A stretch of 64,000 bases of DNA from Nitrospirota bacterium (GTDB lineage: Bacteria; Nitrospirota; UBA9217): the NCBI GenBank assembly GCA_963663225.1, contig OY760142.1, forward strand, positions 2,720,001 through 2,784,000. The letters are read 5' to 3'. The notes beneath the pieces were generated by a model that was given only the letters and a program-made list of their open reading frames with translations, did no database searches and was not told the origin of the DNA. Every line of letters begins with the position of its first letter. Position 1 is the first letter of the stretch. This document shows positions 19,308 to 26,768 of the stretch, one piece after another. Both the position numbers and the translations under genes were made by a program.

Positions 19308-19763
19308 TTATCGGGATTCAAGAGCGCGCCGCATTGCCGGATCATCCGAAATATAAAAAACCGGTTCCATCTTTTTATGTTCCACAAGTTCCTGCTTGCC
19401 GTCGACATTTATGATATGGAAACTCGGGTGAAGCTGTTTGGTGCTCATGGATGGATGCCAGCGCACGGTGCCGATTTTTATGGCCAATACCGTATTTGCA
19501 GGAGGCGGTCCGATCAAGTAAGTCTTGAAATTATATTTAAACAGGGGTGGAGGGCTGTAATAAAATATTTTTACCGTCACATCTTTGCGCGTGTAGCCCT
19601 CAGGAATGGAAAACCAGTTCGGGAAACTTGAATCAGGCGATAATTCAAAACTGGACTCTTCGTCCATGGGCAGTAAATGGGGTGAACTGTTAAACCAAAC
19701 GATAAATGCAGCCATGGCTGCGACCAGTATTGCAATACTTATTAGTCTTCTTTTAAGGTCCAT
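19308..19763 (-). CDS. Hypothetical protein with N-terminal membrane anchor
   Basis: 151-aa ORF with AAGGA SD and a hydrophobic N-terminal helix. Confidence 0.6.
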   Translation of the reverse strand: MDLKRRLISIAILVAAMAAFIVWFNSSPHLLPMDEESSFELSPDSSFPNWFSIPEGYTRKDVTVKIFYYSPPPLFKYNFKTYLIGPPPANTVLAIKIGTVRWHPSMSTKQLHPSFHIINVDGKQELVEHKKMEPVFYISDDPAMRRALESR

Positions 19764-19890
19764 GTTTTGTCCTTTACTGGATTATAAAATCCGACAAACT
19801 TTTTTGTCATCTGCATGCAGGCCATGCCCGCGGTGTTTTCGAATCATGGGCTTCCGCTCAATTGTTTCATGGAGTCGGTTGCGCGTTTCA

Positions 19891-20586
19891 TCAGTTGGTG
19901 TTTTTGTTTACGGGCCTGGTCCACTGTGGAAGGATATTCTTATCAACCAGTGCATTTCGCAACGCGGGATATTCCGAAATAAACAATTTCATATCATCAG
20001 TAAACTTGTCCTCGACCAGGATATCAATTGTGCCGGCGGAAAAACCGACTATGCTTTTTTCTTTCAATTCTACGCTCATAACAGCCATATTGATCACTTC
20101 CCGGCCCGCTGTTGCCTCATTCTTTTCCTTCTTTTTTCGCAGAGTAATATCAATATGGCCCAAATAGCTTATTGCGCCGGGCCTGATCTGCATTTTTAAA
20201 TTTAAAGGAGTATACCCGCCGGCTTCCGTGGCGATTTTTACATACACAAGAGCAGCTGAATGGAGATAATATTCACCGGGCTCCAGTTCCAGGCTGAGCA
20301 AATATTCATTGTGATGATTTTCCTGGTATCTGTATGCGCTGTTTGCCTTATGAAAATACGGCCTTACATTGGAACAGGTCTCCGATTGGGGGCATACAAC
20401 AACACCCGCGAGGTCAAATTGACGGTCCGGTGAATATTCATTTGCTGTCTTAATGGTAAGCAGGGCTATAGATTTCTTTTTGACATCGATTTCCGTTTGG
20501 CCTTGTTTGAGAGCCATCGTGTGAGCTGCGCAGCCGGCAAGTATCAACGGTAAAAAAACAGCGAGCAAAGATCTGAGCACGTTCAT
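19891..20586 (-). CDS. Hypothetical lipoprotein
   Basis: Lipobox LAGC; GGAGG SD. Confidence 0.7.
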   Translation of the reverse strand: MNVLRSLLAVFLPLILAGCAAHTMALKQGQTEIDVKKKSIALLTIKTANEYSPDRQFDLAGVVVCPQSETCSNVRPYFHKANSAYRYQENHHNEYLLSLELEPGEYYLHSAALVYVKIATEAGGYTPLNLKMQIRPGAISYLGHIDITLRKKKEKNEATAGREVINMAVMSVELKEKSIVGFSAGTIDILVEDKFTDDMKLFISEYPALRNALVDKNILPQWTRPVNKNTN

Positions 20587-20829
20587 GGAACCCTCCGCTT
20601 TATAAGACGTTGCTGTTTCTTATGATTTACTTTTATCAATAATAAGGCATCAGCGGCGCGGTTTTATGACTCTCCCGTGTCGAATGGTGAAAATTATCGT
20701 CGGGTTGCACTACGATTTGCCCGGCTACCAGAGCTGTTAAAGTTATAAAAAAACCTTCACAGAGCGAAGGTATCATGAACGCTGATAAATGTAAATACCA
20801 AAGCCATCGTTTATACTTACTGCTGATAA

Positions 20830-21115
20830 TTTCAATAAGATAAGTTGGTGCTGGATTCTATCCGAACTGCTGGTTCATGTGCAATATTGGAATGATTTTG
20901 CGAGGTGAGAATGGGATGCAGCACGTTTCTAAATGTAATTGTTACGGAAGGTATTTACGTTCCTGCGCCGCTATCACCTCATATCAGTATCGACACCTAT
21001 TTTTCATCCGGGTATTTCTCGATTAATACAACTTTTTTAGATTTCACAGCATCACTACCTTCATCAGGTTGTCCGAAGTATGCCGGAAAGGTTGTCGTGA
21101 CATTTGGTTTGAGGT
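20830..21115 (-). pseudogene. Possible decayed gene fragment (boundaries approximate)
   Basis: One minus frame reads protein-like (KPNVTTTFPAYFGQPDEGSDAVKSKKVVLIEKYPDEK*VSILI*GDSGAGT*IPSVTITF) with three in-frame stops. Confidence 0.3.
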
Positions 21116-21134
21116 GAGCGGCGAGGTTCGCAAA

Positions 21135-22004
21135 TTAAAAACTGCGGATGGCCCGAACGTATATTCCAACGCCGTATAACGACTTCACCCAGCTGCCACT
21201 GAAACCTTCCCCCAAATTTTTTACATAGGCGGTGGTGGCAGAGGTTTCAGTCGAAGACCAGGATGGACTATCCGAAAGTAAATATGATCCTATATGGGTA
21301 TACATGAGTTTTGCTTCATCCTGAGAAGGAAGATACCAGTCATCGTACGTGCCATCGCTGTAGTCAAGGCAATGCTGTGCCGCGCTGCTCGTGTGTCCGC
21401 TTTGCGCCACGATGGCGTTCGTGTTCGCAAGACCGGTCCCGATCGCGGAGCCTGTTGTTCCGACTGCCGTGCCGGTTACATTGCTCCATTTGACATTCGC
21501 CGCTTGATTCACTTTCGACGATACGAGTCCGCCGCCATTACCGTTGTTGTAGAAGACGTACCCACCGGCATAGTCGGTCCCGAAGGTTTTCCCGGAATTG
21601 AAGGTTATTTCATTGCTGTACGCCGTACCATTGTAGTTGACGGCATAGGCCCGCACATGATACGTGGTGTCCGTGGTAAGTCCGGTCAATGAAACCGTAA
21701 ATGTTCCTGTTCCCGAACCGCCTGTCACATACGAGTCGGTTAACACCGTGGGGCTGCCGCTGGTATTCCAGCAAAGACCGCGTTCGATAACTGGCGATCC
21801 CCCCTGGTCCGTTATTGCTCCCGCGATTGTTGCGGATGTTCCTGCTATATCAACCGTGTATGTAAGATTTCCGGTAACAGGAGAGGTTGTTATAGTAGCA
21901 AGCCCGACAACAGAAGTGGAAGTGGTACTTCCGCTGTTTTGCCCGCAGCTGAAAAAGACCGTTATGCAGATAAGTGCCGTTAAACAAAATAATGATTTTT
22001 TCAC
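21135..22004 (-). CDS. Lipoprotein with FN3-like domain and C-terminal DUF1566/Lcl-like domain
   Basis: Lipobox FFSC; GGSPVIERGLCW, LTGLTTDTTYHVRAYAVN; DWYLPSQDE, WSSTE, VRAIRSF. Confidence 0.7.
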   Translation of the reverse strand: MKKSLFCLTALICITVFFSCGQNSGSTTSTSVVGLATITTSPVTGNLTYTVDIAGTSATIAGAITDQGGSPVIERGLCWNTSGSPTVLTDSYVTGGSGTGTFTVSLTGLTTDTTYHVRAYAVNYNGTAYSNEITFNSGKTFGTDYAGGYVFYNNGNGGGLVSSKVNQAANVKWSNVTGTAVGTTGSAIGTGLANTNAIVAQSGHTSSAAQHCLDYSDGTYDDWYLPSQDEAKLMYTHIGSYLLSDSPSWSSTETSATTAYVKNLGEGFSGSWVKSLYGVGIYVRAIRSF

Positions 22005-22093
22005 TAAAATTACTCCATTCTTGTTATGGTGTAATTATATTTCTTTATTTCCGCAAAAGACCGGCGCTGTTGATGGATGTTTTCAGTCGTAAT

Positions 22094-22122
22094 AATATAC
22101 GAAAAAACATAAGATAAGTCAA
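22094..22122 (-). promoter_or_regulatory. Sigma70-type promoter upstream of the FN3/DUF1566 lipoprotein
   Basis: Minus strand TTGACT-N17-TATATT. Confidence 0.6.
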
Positions 22123-22159
22123 TAGTATTATATGGTATTTATTTGATTTTACAACGTAA

Positions 22160-22221
22160 ATTTAACAAAACCGCGCTGACGCACAGGCTTAGGCGCGTCG
22201 CTGTGAATCGGCATGCTGATT
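22160..22221 (-). repeat. Degenerate attC site
   Basis: Plus strand ATTTAAC...GGCGCGTCGCTGTGAATCGGCATGCTG; shares GGCGCGTCGCTGT with attCs at 25460 and 23941, but GTT is changed to GCT. Confidence 0.6.
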
Positions 22222-22405
22222 AATTTTATTGTTTGATAAAGCTTGGATGGATTGCGAACTGCGGCTTCGACCTGTCAGGGTAAGTTTCGTTACACTTTTA
22301 TTAAGTTCATTTGTCACACCGAGCTCTAGAATTTCCTTTGCCGTGTGCTGAATGAAAATGATATATTTTTTCGTTTATGACTTCAGAGCGAGCAGCGCTA
22401 TAAGG

Positions 22406-22445
22406 GTAGGCAGGCCGGGTAGTGCGCAACGAAACCCAGCCTGCC
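22406..22445. repeat. REP-like palindrome (GTAG-type)
   Basis: GTAG overlapping stem GGCAGGCCGGGT/ACCCAGCCTGCC (11 of 12 pairs), loop AGTGCGCAACGAA. Confidence 0.5.
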
Positions 22446-22466
22446 GTCACTCATGTGTATTAACGG

Positions 22467-23771
22467 CTATTTATCATGACGGTACACCACGCCGCTCTTC
22501 ATGACGAAATTCACTTTCTCTGTTATGGAAATATCTGTAAAAGGATTTCCGGGCATTGCCACCAAATCGGCAGTCTTCCCGACGCTGATGCTGCCGGTAT
22601 TCAGCTTCAGCATCTCCGCGGCTGTCGACGTTCCTGCTTTCAGCGCGCGCAACGGTGTGATACCGTTGCGGACCATTTCGGAAAATTCTGTCGCGCCGTT
22701 CACGGAAAAATCAAAAGTACCCAGATCAGTGCCTAAAACCAGTTTGACGTCGCTTCTGGCGATATTCCCCGCGTTTTCGAGCAGTCTGGCCGCATATTTG
22801 ACGTCCTTTTCACGGGCCCATTCCGGCATGTTCATGTTGAGATTGCCCCTGGCCGTTTCCCGGGCATTGGCAACTATCGAGATCTGGGTCGGCACCAGAT
22901 AGATGCCTTTCTTCGCCAGCATTTTCAGCGTCGCTACCGACATCAGGCTGCCGTGTTCGACTGACTGCACACCGGCGACCGCCGCACGCCGAACAGCTTC
23001 ATCTCCATACGCATGCACAAACACGGGCTTGCCCAGGTCTTTTGCCGCGGCCACAATAGCATTCATTTCCTCCTGCGAATACGACAAATCCTCAGGTCCG
23101 TCGCTTGGGGACATAAAACCGCCGCTGCCGGCAAATTTGATCCAGTCAGCCCCGTGGCGCACTTCATTATGCACAGCGGTTTTTACCCCGGTTACACCCT
23201 CAACCACTGATACCTGGTCTATGGTGATGCCGTTGCGGAGAAGCCCGCCGAAGTCAAAGTGACCGCCCACCGCGGAAAGCATGTGGCCGCCGTTGATAAT
23301 GCGCGGCCCTTTGATGTCGCCGGCATCAACCGACTTTTTCAGCTCAGTCACTACCCAGGCGTTAATGCTGAAATCGCCCGCGTCGCGCACTGTTGTAAAA
23401 CCGTTCTGCAGAATTTTTTCGCATGCCGTTACGCCGACGAGGGCCAGTGCGGCATCGTTCAGGGACGCCAGATTCGCAATGACCTTGGAACCACCGGTTA
23501 AATGAACATGGCTGTCAATAAATCCCGGCATTACAAAGCGAGTGGACAGATCAATTATTGTTGCGCCTTCCGGCTTGGCGATGTTTTTTCCTATTTCAGT
23601 TATTTTGCCGTTAACAACGGCGACTTCAGCGTACCCCAACGGTTCATTCGTTATACCATCCCAATAATTTCCCATTTTGATAATAGTGGTCTGATTCGGC
23701 GCCGCTGCCGCGAAGCAGGTGACGGATGCCATAAGGAACATCACAAACATTCCAGCAAAAATTCGTTTCAT
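22467..23771 (-). CDS. Secreted metal-dependent amidohydrolase (Xaa-Pro dipeptidase-like subgroup)
   Basis: Signal peptide; PGFIDSHVH, GFTTVRDAG, GGHFD, WIKF, HAYG, VEHG, GTD. Confidence 0.88.
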   Translation of the reverse strand: MKRIFAGMFVMFLMASVTCFAAAAPNQTTIIKMGNYWDGITNEPLGYAEVAVVNGKITEIGKNIAKPEGATIIDLSTRFVMPGFIDSHVHLTGGSKVIANLASLNDAALALVGVTACEKILQNGFTTVRDAGDFSINAWVVTELKKSVDAGDIKGPRIINGGHMLSAVGGHFDFGGLLRNGITIDQVSVVEGVTGVKTAVHNEVRHGADWIKFAGSGGFMSPSDGPEDLSYSQEEMNAIVAAAKDLGKPVFVHAYGDEAVRRAAVAGVQSVEHGSLMSVATLKMLAKKGIYLVPTQISIVANARETARGNLNMNMPEWAREKDVKYAARLLENAGNIARSDVKLVLGTDLGTFDFSVNGATEFSEMVRNGITPLRALKAGTSTAAEMLKLNTGSISVGKTADLVAMPGNPFTDISITEKVNFVMKSGVVYRHDK

Positions 23772-23940
23772 TTTCGTCCTTTCTGAACGTTAAATTTTCA
23801 TTCAACCATTTGGGAGAAAACTGTTTAGGAAGTTATGAATATCTCGGATGTATTTTATCATTTAATTGATACATTTCATGATATATTTCACGAGGGTATT
23901 AGTATTATGGAGTATCAGAACAAATTTGTATGAAACGATG

Positions 23941-23999
23941 AGGGAACGCGCGCCTGACGCGCCGCCTTTGGCGCGTCGCTGTCGAGGCGCAGGTTATTT
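23941..23999 (-). repeat. attC site 5
   Basis: Minus: AAATAAC CTGCG CCTCGACA...CGTCAGG CGCGC GTTCCCT; extra C in L''; R'' AAATAAC complements the cassette start GTTATTT. Confidence 0.9.
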
Positions 24000-24004
24000 G
24001 TTAC

Positions 24005-24565
24005 TTAATCGGATGCCCAGACATAAAGCCACTGACCTTTTTCATAAACATACACGACACCCGTAGATTCGACAAGGCCAGCGACAATGCTCGTATTTAT
24101 TGCCGTCAATCTTTCTCTTTGATTGGCATGTAATTGCTTGTAGTCGTAAGACATTGTGTGCTCGTATGTGCCTGGCTTTGCAGTCTCAACATAACAACCT
24201 TGTATATGTTCATTCCAGATTGGCAGCTCTGCGAGCGACCATTGTTTTTCTCGTGAAAGAGCCGCGATTAGTTTCGGAGTCTTCGTATTCTTGTGCACAA
24301 GAAAGAGCGCAAAATCCTTTTTATTATCCCCGTCAAAGTCCGCGCTCGCGACTGTTAAGCATTGACCTTCCTTGTAATCTGTATTCCATTTAGGATCGTC
24401 GTATAGTTGATCAGTTGCTTTCGCTATGCGGTAGTCGGGGAACTTCTTTCGCAATGCTTCACGAAGGGAGGTGGGGATAAGCTTTTCGCAGGCATCATCA
24501 GCATATACAAAACTGTTGATGCCGACCAATAAGAGGATTGGAATGAGGAATTTAATTGTTCGCAT
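24005..24565 (-). CDS. Cassette-encoded secreted hypothetical protein
   Basis: Signal peptide; FG-GAP-like DFDGDNKKD; lies between two attC sites. Confidence 0.75.
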   Translation of the reverse strand: MRTIKFLIPILLLVGINSFVYADDACEKLIPTSLREALRKKFPDYRIAKATDQLYDDPKWNTDYKEGQCLTVASADFDGDNKKDFALFLVHKNTKTPKLIAALSREKQWSLAELPIWNEHIQGCYVETAKPGTYEHTMSYDYKQLHANQRERLTAINTSIVAGLVESTGVVYVYEKGQWLYVWASD

Positions 24566-24578
24566 ATCGCCTTTTCAG

Positions 24579-24638
24579 AAATAACGCGACGCTGAGGGGC
24601 TCGTTTTTTAGCGACCCTCTCGAGCGTTCTTGTTAGGC
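24579..24638 (-). repeat. attC site 4
   Basis: Minus: GCCTAAC AAGAAC GCTCGAGA...CCTCAGC GTCGC GTTATTT; extra C in L''. Confidence 0.9.
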
Positions 24639-24642
24639 TGTT

Positions 24643-25029
24643 TTATTTGATTGAACTCAACTTGCGTTTTCGCGACACAATAAGCCAAATGCAAACCATA
24701 ACTACAATAAGATATGGTACGACAATTATATAATGATTCGGCAATGCCCATCCTAGACCGTTCAGACCTGCAAAGGCTCCGCCAATAAAAAGCAATACTA
24801 TCTGAATCCAGATAAGAAGTTTACGAGTTTGAGGAACGATAACAGTTGGGAGCATTAAGATTAAGAGAAAGCCTGAAGATATAAGACCGGAGAAGATGGG
24901 TATTCCTAGCGAATCTGCATCTGGCAAATAAACACCTTTGCTTAAATTGTTTTCAAGTACCAGCGTCATGATTACATTAGTCATTATGATGCTTATGAGG
25001 ATTGCTAGACTTTCTTTAAGTCTGATCAT
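24643..25029 (-). CDS. Cassette-encoded small 4-TM membrane protein
   Basis: Four hydrophobic segments; GAGG SD; lies between two attC sites. Confidence 0.75.
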   Translation of the reverse strand: MIRLKESLAILISIIMTNVIMTLVLENNLSKGVYLPDADSLGIPIFSGLISSGFLLILMLPTVIVPQTRKLLIWIQIVLLFIGGAFAGLNGLGWALPNHYIIVVPYLIVVMVCIWLIVSRKRKLSSIK

Positions 25030-25042
25030 CTTTACCTCTGAT

Positions 25043-25123
25043 GACTAACGAGGACGATAAGCGGCCCCGCTGCTACTTGAAGGGCTGGAATGCCATCTGG
25101 CTCCGTTTATTGTCTAGTTAGGC
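25043..25123 (-). repeat. attC site 3 (81 bp, atypical)
   Basis: Minus: GCCTAAC TAGAC AATAAACGG...CCGCTTATC GTCCTC GTTAGTC; upstream gene stop TAA lies inside R''. Confidence 0.8.
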
Positions 25124-25447
25124 CCCATGTCGCTCATAGATAAGCCTCGAAGACTTCTTAAGCCCCGCCTCAACTGTTGGCGTTTTGCCTGGAATATACG
25201 ACTGGAGGTCGATTGTAAGGCTTATATGTGCTTGTAGTTGAGCACGCCAGTTCTCCATTTCGCAAATTGCCGTTGTGAAGGGGTCTGAATCAGTGGCCTG
25301 CGCATCGTGTTCAACTGCAATGTCCAGGTCACTATCTGGCCTTTCTCTGCCGCTAACGCGACTTCCAAGGAGCCACACGCGCGTGATTATGGGCTGTGAT
25401 TCTGCCCAGCTCTTGATTGTATCGATATCGGAGTCTGGCACGGTCAT
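25118..25447 (-). CDS. Cassette-encoded minimal nucleotidyltransferase (MNT, Pol-beta superfamily)
   Basis: GS-x10-DxD (GSRVSGRERPDSDLD), IDL, C-terminal LIYE. Confidence 0.85.
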   Translation of the reverse strand: MTVPDSDIDTIKSWAESQPIITRVWLLGSRVSGRERPDSDLDIAVEHDAQATDSDPFTTAICEMENWRAQLQAHISLTIDLQSYIPGKTPTVEAGLKKSSRLIYERHGA

Positions 25448-25459
25448 CGTTTATTTACG

Positions 25460-25519
25460 GACTAACACGCCGGTCACGCGCCGCCACCTGGCGCGTCGCT
25501 GTGGACCGGCAGGTTGGTC
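25460..25519 (-). repeat. attC site 2
   Basis: Minus: GACCAAC CTGCC GGTCCACA...CGTGACC GGCGT GTTAGTC; extra C in L''. Confidence 0.92.
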
Positions 25520-25544
25520 CTAGTCTTTGCTTTGGATGTTGAGC

Positions 25545-25925
25545 CTAAGAACCGTTATGTCCTGTCCGCTCAAAAGCTATCATTCTAAAACCACCATAAA
25601 TGAAATATAAGCCTATTAGAGTCATGAATGATTTAACGACAAATTGATCAAGAGGAACAAGAGCTATTCCTATGAACGCGGAACCGACGCCTGACACTAA
25701 AATCAATACGATCATTATCCAATTGGCAATTTTGTTGCCTTTATAAATTAAAGCGACCAGGATACCGTACATAATTAGCACAGACAAGTAGCCAATGATT
25801 ACTTCATCGTATTTTGAAGTGAGAATAGCGTGCACAGTCTTAATACAGACCAGCAATAAGTATGCGACTATTATGACTGTTCTCTTCGCAAGGATAAAAT
25901 CATGCTTTTTGACTTCACTCATCAT
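25545..25925 (-). CDS. Cassette-encoded small 4-TM membrane protein
   Basis: Four hydrophobic segments; GAGGT SD; lies between two attC sites. Confidence 0.75.
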   Translation of the reverse strand: MMSEVKKHDFILAKRTVIIVAYLLLVCIKTVHAILTSKYDEVIIGYLSVLIMYGILVALIYKGNKIANWIMIVLILVSGVGSAFIGIALVPLDQFVVKSFMTLIGLYFIYGGFRMIAFERTGHNGS

Positions 25926-25942
25926 TACCTCGTAAGTTTACG

Positions 25943-26002
25943 GACTAACACGCGGGTGAGACGCGCGTCTTTTTCGCGTCGGTCTCGACCCGCAAGTTAT
26001 TG
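25943..26002 (-). repeat. attC site 1
   Basis: Minus: CAATAAC TTGCG GGTCGAGA...TCTCACC CGCGT GTTAGTC; extra C at position 4 of L''. Confidence 0.92.
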
Positions 26003-26268
26003 ATCATTGTTCTTTGCTTTGTGATTTCTTCTTTTGAATTTATAGACGATCCAATGAATTTATAGACGATCCAACCAGATAAGATGAATGAAACCGCTGA
26101 TAACGCAACGAAGACATAAAACCAAAGCGCGTGAATCTCGATTCGGATTTTATCGGTGTAATATGCAGTCATCCATGCACTATAGGTAGCTGCATATAGA
26201 CAATAAAGGGCGAAGAGAAGGCCCAATACAGCCAGCCAAAGATACCGTTTTCTTTTAGACTCGCGCAT
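25945..26268 (-). CDS. Cassette-encoded 2-TM membrane protein (reads through attC1)
   Basis: Two hydrophobic helices; stop TAG lies in the R' core GTTAGTC. Confidence 0.65.
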   Translation of the reverse strand: MRESKRKRYLWLAVLGLLFALYCLYAATYSAWMTAYYTDKIRIEIHALWFYVFVALSAVSFILSGWIVYKFIGSSINSKEEITKQRTMINNLRVETDAKKTRVSPAC

Positions 26269-26281
26269 AGATTAGGTCTAT

Positions 26282-26566
26282 TTACTCTCCGATAAATTCG
26301 TTGTTCTGACTTTTTATGAAATCACTGCTCAGTGGGAAATAAGATCTCCATCCGCCATCGTCGATTGTGCATTTGATTCGAATATTACCGTTCGCCTTGT
26401 CATCCCAAAATGCTTCAATCTCAAGATTGTATAAAACGCCAGACGCTCCTCTCACTTGTAGGATTATCGGCTTTGCCTCAATCATTCTCGTCAACTCGGC
26501 GTATGGCCGGTTTCGATAGGCTTCAAGGTTTTTTGAAGCTATTTCTTTTGCTTCTTGTTTATTCAT
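26282..26566 (-). CDS. First cassette ORF, small soluble hypothetical protein
   Basis: 94 aa; ATG 6 bp after the GTTATAT core; YNLEIEAFWDD...IDDGGWR. Confidence 0.75.
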   Translation of the reverse strand: MNKQEAKEIASKNLEAYRNRPYAELTRMIEAKPIILQVRGASGVLYNLEIEAFWDDKANGNIRIKCTIDDGGWRSYFPLSSDFIKSQNNEFIGE

Positions 26567-26572
26567 CTTCGG

Positions 26573-26591
26573 ATATAACCAGATATTAGTT
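26573..26591 (-). other. Putative attI recombination site
   Basis: Minus: AACTAAT-ATCTG-GTTATAT (degenerate L box, 5-bp spacer, GTT core) directly before the first cassette ORF. Confidence 0.7.
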
Positions 26592-26600
26592 CTTCGGGAA

Positions 26601-26630
26601 AATATAGCATAGAACTGGAACGGTGGTCAA
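26601..26630 (-). promoter_or_regulatory. Candidate cassette promoter Pc
   Basis: Minus strand TTGACC-N18-TATATT with extended TGn, pointing into attI. Confidence 0.6.
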
Positions 26631-26647
26631 TGAATTTAAGAAAGAAC

Positions 26648-26676
26648 TTGACGTAACTGCCGAAAATCATTAAGAT
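26648..26676 (+). promoter_or_regulatory. Candidate integrase promoter Pint
   Basis: TTGACG-N17-TAAGAT upstream of GGAGG and ATG 26769. Confidence 0.65.
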
Positions 26677-26768
26677 CATTCAAAAAGACTAATATTCAAA
26701 ATGTCGTCAAGTTATAATAGCACGACTAATATGCAAAAAATGGAATAGTCAATTTGAAGGAGGTTTTG

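Larger units (their letters stand above)
23941..26591 (-). mobile_element. Integron gene-cassette array (attI plus five attC-bounded cassettes, six ORFs)
   Basis: Short co-oriented AT-rich ORFs, each followed by a 59-81 bp AAC...GTT imperfect palindrome; divergent from an intI remnant. Confidence 0.93.

Noticed and set aside
23941-26002. Recurring ~60-bp palindromes as a CRISPR array
   Set aside because: Repeats are divergent, separated by whole genes, have attC architecture, and no cas genes are present
26269-26281. ACCTAAT between the first two cassette ORFs as an attC
   Set aside because: Only 13 bp with no palindrome; at most a remnant that cannot be supported
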